Origin: Halocafeteria seosinensis
Lineage: Eukaryota
Direction of reading: 5' to 3'
Assembly: GCA_001687465.1 (NCBI GenBank)
Contig: LVLI01000233.1
Span: 1-64,000 of the forward strand
DNA length: 64,000 bases
The translations under genes and the position numbers were made by a program. How positions within the stretch are numbered: position 1 is the first letter of the stretch; every line of letters starts with the position of its first letter. The notes beneath the pieces were generated by a model. It saw only the letters and a program-made list of their open reading frames with translations, had not been told where the DNA came from and ran no database searches. This document shows, in pieces, positions 23,748 through 36,700 of the stretch.

Positions 23748-25336
23748 TTAGTCCATTGTCGTCGTATCTGTTGCAATTGTCACCTTCTTCCCCGTGGAGT
23801 GAGACGAACTCGGTCTCCTGCCCTTCCCTGAGCTTGAGCTGCCTTTCTCCTCAGATTTTATACATGAAGCGTCCGGAGTTTGTTCGCGTAGATTGGATGT
23901 AGCCGTTACACTCTGCGCTGAAGCAATGGTATCAGCAAGGGGCTGTGATGCCGGAGAGGTATCCTCCTCGTCGATGCCCACCCATGCTACGAAAGCGAAC
24001 AAAAATTCCTTGAAGGTGATTTCTCCATCTTTATTCCAATCTAATTCCTGGAAGCGATCTTCAGTAATGAAACTTAAAAGTTCAGTGTGTTCTCGGTATA
24101 AGCCCGAAGCAGCCTCTTCCGAGCTTTTGTTATGACGCATGGAGGTAGAAGGCGATTGCAATGTCAATCTAGCCATAGCCTCTTGCAGCTCACTTCTGCA
24201 ACAGTCACAAACATTTATGTGGAAGTAAACCCGTAGTGCTGGCACTAGTTGTCACTTACTTCTTTATCACACCACAATGGTTAGTGTCCAAATGGAAGAA
24301 CGCCTCCAAAGCAAGATGGAACGCGTGTGACAATGCCGCACCATCCCCTCGCATGAGTGAAGCATTAATATTCTTATCATCCAGTTGTTTCTGTGAACCC
24401 AGAAGAACAAAGCCTTAGCTCGGCAATCACAACCCACCGAAGAAGTGTGACAACTCGTACCAGTTTTTCTACGTGATGAGTATCTACAACATTTCCTTCT
24501 CTCTTGCAAATACCTTCCACAACGGGATTTTCACCAGCGTCTTCTACAAAAACGTTTGTTTCTGCCGGGGACAAGACAGGTATGAAGCCTAATAGGTAGC
24601 CTGCGGCAGGGGCTTAAACTTGAAGCACTTTATTGGGGCAGTGGTATCAATTACGTGTACAGCGTACCTAACGCGACGCAAACTAAGAATTCTTTGAATG
24701 TAAGATGCCCATCATGATAAAAATCAGCTTCCTGCAAAATGAGCCATAAAGCAGTAAGGGTTCGTTGGGGGCGCAGAGTCCATCGTCAACTTGAGCGTAC
24801 CTGAAAAACCTGCTTTATATCGGCGCTCGAGCAGCTTGCACCAAGCTGTCTCATTGAGGATTCAAGTTCTTCGTATTCAATAAATCCACTGGTATTCTGT
24901 ACCACACCATCATACCCCTTGAATGAAGCACGACGGGCCAATTGAACACAACTTAACGCTTCAAATAACCTACTTTATCGAATGTTTGGAACGCGTTCTT
25001 GATCTGGCGTAGAGTCCTCCGGATCATGGGGAACTTGAGCAAAATCTTATGGAACGGATGAATCCTGAGTAGCAAAATAAACGAACATAATGTGTATAAA
25101 ACGCATGAAACGTGGCTGTAATTTGCTTCAGGAGCCAGTCATTACGCTCTCTCTAGCTCACGTACGATCCATGTGGCGTCGTCTCCTTCTGCTTCAGAAG
25201 CTCCTTTATCCTGTAAGCCAGCATATGTGGAATATACATGGTGGAAAGTACCTAAAAAGGGAGATATACCTTGATATAGGACCTACCTGGTATCTACCAC
25301 CGATTCCACTTGCTCACTCCTTATCGCCCCAGCCAT
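23748..25336 (-). CDS. EF-hand calcium-binding protein resembling plant CML21/CML22, multi-exon
   Basis: ILLKFPMI, FQTFDK..SGFIEYEEL, ADFYHDGHLTFKEFLV, EAFFHLDTNHCG and RFQELDWNKDGEITFKEFLFAFVAWVGIDEED. The 5' end is tentative. Confidence 0.75.
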
Positions 25337-25645
25337 TTTCACGATGATACGGGCGCCCTATATCACACTATTATGTCAGTGCATGTGTCATTAATGATAT
25401 AAATGATAGTAGGTTGTACATGTAGCAATCACAAGGACCCTTTTATGAATAAATCCGTCGCGAGTTAGAGGGGTCGACTTCAAAGGGTAGATCTAGGGGG
25501 CCATAAGATCGTTCCTCTAAATCACCTCTATTCACCTGGATTGGTCTCTTTGTTCACCAGGTAGGAGCTGTGTACAACCTTATCCGCCATGTATATGTTC
25601 TGAGAGAGGAGGAGCAGAAATAAACGACATACAGAAGAAAAAGAA

Positions 25646-28600
25646 ATGGAGGAGCAAGGGACATCGAGCCAAACCCAAGACAACCTCGATTTATCTGTTT
25701 GTGGGAGAAACATAGACCATCAGATACATCAGCAGAGTCGTCACAAAGATGGTAATCATTCTGGGGAAGAAAGAGACGCAAATACCGCTGGTAAAGCAGA
25801 GAGAACGACGGAAAAGAATCGTGTCCTCCAGGTTCAAGACTTTAAGCAAGCTGATGAGGAATTGAAGCGTGAATGCGAAGGCCTGGAGGTGGGACAGGTT
25901 CATTTAGCGCCGAATTTCCACCTCCGCAATGCCATGCAGGCTATGGAAGTCATGAACCCGAAAATGGATAGTGGCTTTCTGCAGCGACAGACAGTTCCTG
26001 TAGAGGAAAGAGTTCGTAGAGGATCATTTGAAGTTGTTCCACAAGCGCATGAATTACCAACGATTTTAGATAAATTGACTCGACTGGAGGTACGTGAAAG
26101 CATTCGTTGTCGCATTGATGGGAGATTTTCTGGAAGTAATGATTTGCTTGTTGCGAAACCAGGTGTCATGGATGGACGGCAACTCCTTGGCGCAAACTGT
26201 TAAGACATGCTTATGGACACAACCTTCCGTCATTAAGACGCTTCAGCATTTATGTGGCTTACCCCTTTATCAAGCTAGTTACGGTAAGAATTTATCCTTT
26301 TCTAACGGAATTTTTATCGAACAGAGTGCTTACTGTCCCGATGGTGTTGCTAGCACAGAAAAGGACAGCGTAAAAGACCTAAGAGATACCACACCCAACG
26401 GAGATCTTCCTCGTATACCTCCGCACACACGCCTCCTTTATCCCCATCTTCGCGTCGCCGATGTCAGCCCCATCGAGACTGGTATTGACGGTTTAGAAAG
26501 GGGCTCTCCGGAGTACACGACGGCCTTCGCATTGCTGGCTTGTGCCACATCATCGTTGAAAACCGTAGAATTGGCTTCTTTTGTAATCGAGGGAGCTGAT
26601 TTGTTTGAAGATGAAGACTACTATGCGTGGAAGCATAGTTTAGACTTTTGCTACACGATGACCACTGATGAGGTATTAGCGTTACTAAGAGATGCTGAGG
26701 CAATGCTGATGCGTAGTGCTCGTGCAGCTTCTGAGAAACACGACGCCAAGTTCGATAATGCATTAATAGATTTAACAGAGCAGTTGGGAAACCTGTCTCT
26801 AGGGAATGGTTCGCAAAACAGTAGTGAGAAGCGTGGGAGGCGGAGAAAGAAAAAGACCGCAGCTTCAGGACAGAACGAGCTAAGAAATGCGGCAATGATG
26901 TATAGGTGGACTAAGGATGGGTCGGAACAAAGTAATCCGTTGTACTATCAACGATTAGCTTCTGTTCTTGAAGGCTTTGGTTTGACTGACATTCAGGTTG
27001 ATCCCCTGTCATCCTTTAACGCCAATGGACCTCCTCCCAAATCTGCTCTAAGCTCCTATTATGAAGAACGAGAAACTGCGTTGAAAATTTGGAAAGAGTA
27101 TCAATGCCAATGCAACATTCATGTTTGCGATTTTGAGCGAGAGCAATTCGAATTCTCTCTGCCTCCCACAGTTGCGCCTCTTTGCGATGATCCTGAAGAG
27201 GCGTTATCCGTGGCAATAGCGTTAATACATCGGGTCCGTTTAAGAAGGACTTTGCTTCTTGCTTACCACAACCTTTATGATAAAACGTTTCAACGTCATG
27301 AGCTGGCTTTGAATGCGGTATCTCAAACCCAGATGCATCTTTTGAGGATTCGAGCGACCTCAAGAGCACTCTCTTTTGAAGACGAGCATCATGTAGATCC
27401 GACATGTGACGATTATTTGTCGCGCGCCGCTTCTCAGGGAACCCATGCAGTGGATTTAACTACAGAAGGGCGCAGCATTAGCATACAGACGGACAAGTTC
27501 GACGAACATGTACCTGGGTTTGACTACACTCTGCACAAACCACTGCTACTACCTAGTCCGCCTAGATGCGCTCCTTTGCCAACGTATAAGGGCGCTTTTG
27601 AGTACTTACAGAAACACTTGCGCCACCTGGCGTTGCTGTGCTGCACGAAGTACTTGTGTGCGAGAAACGACGTACGAGACACGACCGAGAATGCAGCATT
27701 AAGAGAATATTGGAAGGAAGTATCAGAACGAGCTCATTCGGAAAGTGAGGAACAACCAAAACGTATTGCTGTTTCCGATCATATACAAGAGTGCCACCCA
27801 CTGGGACCGTCGGTATCTGCGATAAAATCAACACTCGGAGAGGCAGGCGCGAAAGCCATATCCGACCACTCCCTGTCTACAGAGAAGGACGGTCGTATAC
27901 ACGTTAGCTTGCAAGCTGCATTGGATTTCCAAGATGTAATTGTCAATGACGGCGCTAATGCCCTTGCTCGAGCATATCTGGGATTACTCATGCTTCGGTC
28001 GCATAACAAAATTCTAAACAGTCATTCTCTGAGCGAGCTTATCCAGACTACTTTAACTGAATCCGGTATTGCTTTTGAATATGTGCGTCTGAACGATGTA
28101 CAGAAGTTTATTCATGAGTTATTAGTGCGTCCGGTTTTAAATGTGTTGTTTATTGGGGTATTGTCGCCAACGCGTCGACGTCGAAGAATGGATGCCCTCC
28201 TTCAAGATTGGTCAAGCATACAAATGTACGCACAAGAAGCGGACCACTATGTTGTTGAGATGGTAGCAAAATACATTCTTCGAGACCGGGAGCCTCCAAA
28301 GTATAAGCGAAACAATAAGAGCAAAAGCTCGACGGAGACGGAGGTCGTTGACAATGCAGGTCATACCAGGAAGCAGGAAGAGAAATGTCTGGAAGAGGCG
28401 CAAGAGAACCAATGTCAACAAATCTTCAGTTGGACAAGTTTATTGACTGTTAAGTTAATGCTGGATCATCTACGTGCCGGGATACGAGATAAAATATTCG
28501 GGGTCACTGAACTGCCATATGCCTACACGTATAACGCTTATCTCTTGAACATACGCCTGAATGCAAAACGGGAAACAACTCAAGCTCGACAGCAACTGCA

Positions 28601-29522
28601 GGCACATGTGGAAAAACACGGGCTTGGGACCATACAGGTGGACGACAATTCTGAAAGTAACAAGACTGGTGCTCCACCTATGCCTCCCGCATCTACCGTT
28701 CCAAGGAGTAGCTACCATCGTGTCGATGTCTTCAAAGACGAAATCGAGAGTCTTCTCAGTCGAGCTGTCACTCGTCTTCTCGTGATTTCAATGAAGAGTA
28801 GGATGCTACCGCTGATACATACTACGAGCCCCTTTACAACGCCTGCGATACAATATCAGCATCGTTTTGCTGACTTTAGTGTATTCTATGACAGTTCTCC
28901 GAGAGCGCTGTCCTTCAAGGAAATGAACTCTGCTATTGCTCTCACAATGGGCTGTCAAAGACTGTTAGCTGATGCTGTACAGCTTCTGACGACGGCGAAG
29001 ACGTATCTCATAGAAGTCAAGGAAATGATTGAGGGTAGTAACGAGTCCTCCAACAATTCTTCCTGGGGAATGTTACGCAGTTTCGGTGAAGTGAAAGAGT
29101 ACATAGGCTCTTTGGAGAAACTCGAAGTAGAAAAATTGATTCGCGTATGTACCAAAAACACTGTTTTCGCAAAGGTCATCTCTCAGCTAGATGAGCTCAG
29201 TCACGCCGATAGAAATTACGAGAGAATCGATGAGGTGAGGTCTCAAGTCACCGATCAATGGAGGAATGAACTTTCTGAGCAATACCGCGATCAGTACGAG
29301 AACCAATCCTCTGAGCAGAATGGAGAAGAGCAGAGCCCTGAAGGTTCGGTACCGACCCTTCGTCAGTTTTTGTCTTTCAGAGCACATCAAAACGACCTGC
29401 GAGTGCGTTTGTCAAAGGCCCTGAAAGAGCTTGAGTTTCCTCCCGTCGCACACGAAGTGTGTGTCGAGTTCTCGGAACACAGTATGTATCCGGTTATGTC
29501 GGTAAGGAAGAGTTCTTCTTGA
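25646..29522 (+). CDS. NAA35: N-alpha-acetyltransferase 35 (NatC auxiliary subunit, Mak10); intron 26090-26162
   Basis: FHLRNAMQAMEVMNPKMDSG, E|VSWMDGNSLAQTVKTCLW and LFEDEDY are Mak10-family motifs. Confidence 0.88.
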
Positions 29523-29767
29523 TCAGCTTCCCTCTAGTTTAGATTAGATATTAGTGAACTTAGTGTGTGGCTAATAATGTCTACATTGCTTCGCTAGGGT
29601 TCTTCCTATTTCATCGAAAACACTGAAATAACGCTTGTTCTATTCTAAGTAGGGTCAACAGGGTAGCTCCATACAGGGTACCCAGCCATTCTTCCGCCTC
29701 AATGCAGAGCCCAAATTCCTATTGGTGCAGACATAAATTGCTCTATTTACTTCGAGCCATCTTCTCC

Positions 29768-30249
29768 TCAAGATTGAGATCCTTCAGGGTCTCCTCCGGG
29801 TACCAGCTGCAATCCATGAAGGTAGTGGAGTGAGCTCACCAACCTACAACGCCTCCAATATCTTACCATCGCAATGTTGTTTCCATTCAAGAGTATTTGA
29901 TCTTGTGTAAACTTCCGTTTACCTTCAGGTGTTATCTCACTGCACATATACATGTGTGCATATCCTCCCAAAAAAGGGCCCTATTGACAAGGCCAGGACT
30001 TACTATTCCACGACATCCTCCAGGACCATATTCACGTACTCATCAAATCCTTGCAGAGTCCCCACGATTTCTTTATCACCTTTCATGAGAATCCATAGCC
30101 TCGATCCTATACACTTATCGATCAGCTCTGCACTTCATAGAGGCACCCTTAGGAAACGAGACGAGCTGCAGGATTCCAAAGTGAGTGTACATACCCAGGG
30201 GTAATAACGTGGTAGACCCCGATGACGATGCATCTTGCTGTTGCGCCAT
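29768..30249 (-). CDS. LSM5: U6 snRNA-associated Sm-like protein LSm5, 4 exons
   Basis: [52 protein letters not shown]...[17 protein letters not shown]. Confidence 0.95.
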
Positions 30250-30763
30250 TCTGGCGGAGCAGGAATAACTAAACGATCAAGTAAAGTATACAAAGCACGG
30301 TGGGGAGACTTGTGGAACTGAATCAACAATCCATAAAAATCAAAACACTGTGATACTGACTGTACATGTATGTAACGGGGATTGGCATTGGCAACGCCGC
30401 ACGGGATAGCTACAATGGCATTGATTGTGGGTGTAAATAGGCGTTGTTAATACATTTTACAACCAACTGTGCTATAGTTCATCGGTATCGACAGTTCTGT
30501 GACATGGGCAAGTATGAGATACAATATGGAACCTAGATGCACGAGGTCGCTGAAGAGGTAAGGGCTGTGTTGCGGCGACAAGACTACCCGTACACATGGG
30601 GTGCGGATGTGATCGAAACAAATACCGGGGTAATACCCTGAGGCCCCGGGAGGGGTAGAGTTTACTATTTCGGTATTGATTCATTATCGAATTTTCATTA
30701 TACATTATTATGTTGTTCCCCAAGGCGGAACAATGTTGATAGACCGGCTCCAATATTACCATC

Positions 30764-33700
30764 TCATTGGTTCTGAGTGTAGTCTTGAAGAAATCGGACC
30801 TGGACTTCACCCTTAGCTGGAAAAGCTCTGCCTTGAATTGGAGGCGGGGGAACGTTGAGACTCAAATGAGTAGGAGAACCCAAAAAGTTGGTGCCACACC
30901 GGGCACACTTTTCCCCAGTAACATAAAGTCCACAGTCATTGCATTCTCTCAAAGAATGATGCGGCGGATCCGAACATCTCCGACGAGTTTCCTTCCGGTC
31001 GGTATTGGCTACCGTAGAATACGGAGGTAGTTTGTGCGAATCAAATCGTGTCACAAATTGAGCATTATGTTGTCCGGTACGAGAAGTATTTGGACGGGTT
31101 CGACCCGGAAGTCTTGCAGCTGTAGCGCGCCTACCTTCCTGCCGCATTTGTGACCGAGGTTGGGAGGACTGTCGTGTAGGAGTGGTATTAGTCCGAGTTC
31201 GTTCCTGCGCGGACCGTGTATCCGTAGGACTATAAGATACAGATTTGCTTCGCTGTGGTTTCTCGCTACTGTGAAAATCCTTCCGCCGTGAAAAGCGCAC
31301 CTTCCGCCGTTCTGCCGTAGCAGAACGACTTCTTTGAATTCCTGTCTTGCCAAACACAGCCACATTGTTGGTCGATCTAGCGAACTCTGTGCCTGATGTA
31401 TTCTTCTTTTTCCTGACAGGCCTACGTTTGGAGGTTGTCTTCTTTTTGACAAGTTTACGTCCTTCTTCCGCGCTAGTGATATTGCCTTTCGAACTTTGGT
31501 CAAGGATCCTTGCCCTTGCAACTCTAGCAGTGTCTTCTCTTACGACCCATTCCTGACGTTTTCGGGCAGCTGCGGCTGCTTCCTCAGCAGTCTTGGTCTT
31601 TAGCAGTCTCAATCGGCGCGTAGTCAACTTAGTCACGGCGCAAGTAATCCAGAGGCGAAATACTCGTTGTTTTCTTGACCGACTAGAGACTGCCTTCATA
31701 TGTAGCAATGCACTTCCGTCTGTCTGCCGTACCTCATGAAGAAACGACACCCAGCAGCGCAAACTGTATCGCAACGACAAAAAGTAATGCATCGTCTGAG
31801 GCCGAAAAAATCTCCTCTGAAGGAAATCACACTTCCATCGCTCGAAGGCATGAGATAGCATTCTTCCGTGACGCCTTTCAATTAATCGATTCAGCCCCTT
31901 TCGTTGTGTCCAGTGAACAACAAGAGCATCCATACTCCCACGTAACGGCCGACGATATCTCCAATACTGCTCGAATTCTTTCAATAAACGATTCTGTTGT
32001 TCAACGTGAGTCTTCCATGCTCTCAATATGAGGGAGGCTATTTGTTCCTGTCTGCGGGTGGAAGCTGTGTACAAACACTCCAACAGCCGCCGTGTTGCCT
32101 CCCTCTTACGCAATCGAATTTCCTGTTGTATGCGCCATAGTCGCCAGCATCTCGAAACCCGATTGACTCTATAAAAGGCAGCAGCAGTATAGGCTGCCGC
32201 TTGGAGTTGACGAACTTTGTGTTGCTGAACAGTATACTCTCGCCAAGAGAATAAGGCTGTTCGCTGTAACGCAAAATATTCACGCCACTGGCTGTATCGC
32301 TGCTCTTTTCGAGCTTGCAAGCATGTCACAAAAAGGCGCCTCAGTAATTTTCTTCGGGAAACTTTTACCCGCCAAAGATGCCAGAGTCTTGTACGGTGGA
32401 CTCTAGCCAGCCCATGTCTACAAGAGTCTAAGTGGTGCTTCTTCCGTTGCCGTCTGTAGTAGTATCGTTTCCATCGCAGAAACAAGAACGTAGTCCATTG
32501 CTTGTTAGCTTCAGCGTTGCAAGCTTTTGCGGCCCCCGTCTGCTCTTTAAAAGCCTTCCAATTTACTAACGTCCTTTTCAACGAGGACCGTCTCCAGAAA
32601 TGAGCCACGGTTTCTTCTTGACGAAGCAACCTGGACGTAACCACCGTAGCAAACCGGTTGAATACTCGTCGGAGTAACTGTGTTGGGTTCCGACGATCGG
32701 CTAACTCGTGAGAAGAGTGAACAAACCGGTAGAACCGGACTAAACAGCCAAATGCAGTCTGCATCAATTTATAGCGTTGTGACGCTAATACTACCTTTTC
32801 CAAGCGACGCAGCTTGTATATGTAGATCCAGCTTTCGAAAGCTCTTCGTCTAGCCTTTTTAATTGACGTTGCAATGGCCGAATCAGTTATAGAGGGAGAC
32901 GTGGTCAGTTGAGTTATTCTGGCAGTTTCTTCAATGCTTCGGATTGTTTGCTCCTGGGAGCCAAAGCACTCGGATTCCATAATCTTGATGCGGATGTCAT
33001 CCGCATCCACGAATGCAAAGGAGAAGGCAGCAGTTTCCATCAGTCTGTACACTCTCTGTGCTGACGTTCGTACTACATTCATAGGAATGTCCTGACTGGC
33101 AGCAATCGCCCAGGATGGCCTTGAGTCATTTTCGAAGTTCTCACAAAAAAGCAGGCCCTGGACATCCAACAATTTCAGAGAGCACAAGATCACGGTGTCT
33201 CTGTCACACAATAAGGCAGAGGTGGGGCCACTAGGGCTTTCAGCAAGAGCCCTCGAAATCTTGATGCCCTGGCGTTCATAGCGATCAGGAGAACTCCACC
33301 CCACGAACGAAGGATGCCATGGGCACATGTCTTCGATATTTTTGCTAAGAGAAATGATATCCGATTCCTTACTGAAGCTAAAACTACTGCTGTATTTACA
33401 CCATAGAGTACTTCGTCGACTGAAAGTTGGGGACCATGCAGGCAGTATAAGAATATCACTCCTATCCTTGCATCCATAGTGGAAATAATACTTTCGCTGT
33501 ACTTGCCAAAGTGTCTGATAGACCGCCAACGACAGACCACTCTTAAGAAACGGTCGACAACCACCAATTAGACTTTTTCTATAGGATTTTCGAGCTGAGA
33601 TCAGAAAAACACGGAGAGCTTTTCGTTTTCCACGTACTATCACTTGCGACTCCCTCTGATATGGGCTCATCGTAGGTGGAGCATCATCACTCCCGGCAGC

Positions 33701-36700
33701 CGGTTGCGCTTGGGCGGTACATTCTTTCCAAACAGGTCCTAGGACACGGCATGCAAAACCATGGAGATTGTACTCTTTGCAATGGTCCCAAGCTTCGGAA
33801 ACTCGCCCATCGAAGTGAGATATCGAAGAGGAAGAATACATAAGTCTTTCACTGAGTAAAGACAGACTATTTCGTAAAGCGCACTTTCTGAATTTGTACT
33901 TCTTCCATCGACCAAAAAACAAATAAGTGCTCCGATAATAGGACCACATGTTGGATACGGCCATATAAAATCTCTCAGCTTTTTCCAGCAGCAGTGTGCT
34001 CTTTAGGCTTCGGAATGCCCTACTTGCGAGTGTATATCGTCGAAATGTTGCAGCAACTGTGTTTTTTAATGAGGATGAGACACGACGACGTCGCTCCTCC
34101 CTGAAACGGTGGAGAAACATGCGCTGTCGACGAGCCTGAAACGATCGACGAAGGTTCTCGGCCCGCATTCCCAGTAGAAACTCCCCTAAGCGCATAGAAT
34201 AGTGCTCCTTAAAAAAAGAACAAAGTGAGTTCTTCAGTGAGGTAGATTCGACACTGTACGAAATAAGAGTCCTTCTTAGTTGATTCAATTTCGAATTCCT
34301 CCTAAGCAACCGCAGAACGAATGTCAATCTTCTCTTCCTCAGAAGACCTCCTCCAAGCTCAGCGGCTACCCTTGAGCCATACCAAGCTGAGTCTACGCTT
34401 TGTTCCTGAAGCAGTGAAAAAAATGGTAGTGTTGAGATGTCACGGGTATCACTTCTCCCATCTTTAAAGCGAGAGTGGTGAGAGACAGAGCGTAGTTGCT
34501 CAAGGGTCTGCTTTGATGATTCAGTTTCCCTTCGAACGAAACCTCCAAAGGAGGAATGAGGTCTCACAGTGATACCACAAATGATTTTTGTAATCAGTTC
34601 GGAAGATGGAGCAGAAAGGTCCCATTCAAAATCATCTCTTCGGATTACTAGATCCGGTTTCCCTACGTCTTCCGGACGTGCTGAGTCTTCTGCTACGAAA
34701 CTGCCTTCTTCTTGCTCCCCAACAAAGAGTGAACGGTATGACTTAACAAGGGCACTCTCCGGCTCTTCTGAGGTTATCTCATGCGACACATTTTCTGAGT
34801 TGTCCACTTGATCTGTTTGGTCATGCAATTCTCCGGCAAACACCGACAGCGTTCGTGAGCTGTCTCGGAGCCATTCAACATCAGCGAAATTATGTAGACT
34901 GAACTTCAGTACAGTGCCGTTGACAATAGATTTAACGATACGCTGTATAGTTAAGCGTCCCTCCTTCTCCAAAACCTGGAGGAAATATCTCCAGCAGATG
35001 TAAGAAACTACAGCAATGAAAACATAATCATTTGCCAGATGCGTGTCTCGCCCTTCTCGGATGCTGAGGGCTTCATCGATGATATTAATTCTTTCGTCTT
35101 TTCCGACTCCCCTCATCATATCGCAAATCGCGGACGGTACACTCTCTTGGGGCTGCAAAAGTTCCAGATCCTGAAGCATTCGAGCCGGCAAATCGTGGCG
35201 TGCCCCGTCCCACAGCAGCGAGATATAGGGTGATTTTGTTATGCAGAGTTCTAGAAAGTACTCTACAAACCTTTGCAGAGGGACCCACAAACCCCTAGTC
35301 ATTTCATCTAATACCTCGAGATAGCTGATTGGACCTTCTAAAATTCCTAGACCAAATCCAACGGTGGCAAACGAAACAGGAGTGTACGGGAACTGCAATG
35401 TAGCTCGAGAGTGTCTAGGGGAAGTTTCCGGGGATCTAAGGATGAACGTAAGTCTCGGGATCGAGCAGAGCAAATCAGAACCACAAGAAAAATTCCTATC
35501 CTCAGAATTGTATGCTTCGGTTTTCAAATTTTCTTCCTGAATGCCTACTTCTTTTTTAGGAGGTAACATGATTCCTGTGTTAGCGGGTGAAACTGCGACA
35601 GAGCTTCTTTGCATGTGCCCATCAGCGCTCATTCTCCTCCGTTCTCCCCTATACTGTTTCAAGGATTTTGTCTTGGCATCCCAACACTGTGAAGTGAGCT
35701 GTGCACGGTGCTCTATATCTTCAGCATATTTCGCTTTTCGTTCAGCGACAGAATACCGTATACGCCGAAAATATCGAGAGCCATGGCCTATTGACGGCAA
35801 GTCATCATTTGGTCCCTTTGGCTCTCGAAACGAACGCAGTTTTTTCCGCGAAAAATCTTGGCGGAGCAAAGACGCTCTCGTGTCTTTTAGAGAAACGTCC
35901 ATGTGGCATTGCTGCTGGGGCTTCCCTGTGCTGGATGGTGGTCTGGCGAAAGTAACTTGAGGTTGAGAACGCGAGCCTGCATCGTTAACCACCCTCTCCG
36001 CGATGTTGGACCGATTCGTGGTCTCTGCTAAGATTCCGATAGTGGAAGCATTACGTATCGAGGTGGTTCCTTCAGCAATTTCTTGGCAGGTATAACCAGT
36101 ATACTCATTTGCAGCCACGAGTTGCGGCTGGTGCTCCGCGCCTTTTGATGCCTTCCGCACCCCAATGAGTGACTCTGAGCTATCATCAACCGTATGTGGC
36201 GTTATTGCCGTCTCACTTGGACTGGATCGGTCTAGACTGTCTGGTGTCATATTTGAGGAGGGCGCACTGGGAACTGGTGGTGCTTGCGGTTCCGGTAGCC
36301 TATCTTCACCATCCTCGTTGGATGAATGCTCCGCATTCTGAGCAACCAATGTCTGCGCGTTACTAGAGGAGCCCCTATGCATTTGTAGGAATGCATGGAT
36401 ATCAAGTTCCAATGGCTCAGACTCGAGGACATCTTCCTTGGAGTCCTCTCCACGACCGGAGTCCCTTTGCCGAGGCAGTGGACCACTCGATCGACGGGAA
36501 TTCCTTGACCGTTGCTCTTGACCGACGTGTGCAGTCTGCTGGCCATCGTCAGACACGCTTTTTGTCTCTGTGGAGGTATATGGAGGGGTCGTAGTTCCTG
36601 AAGCTCTCCGAGTCGAGTTCCTCCCACTTTGTGGGCGATATTCCCCCCTTTCTTGGCCATCTGTCCTCCGACGCTCATTCGTGTGGAACGGGGGCACGAT

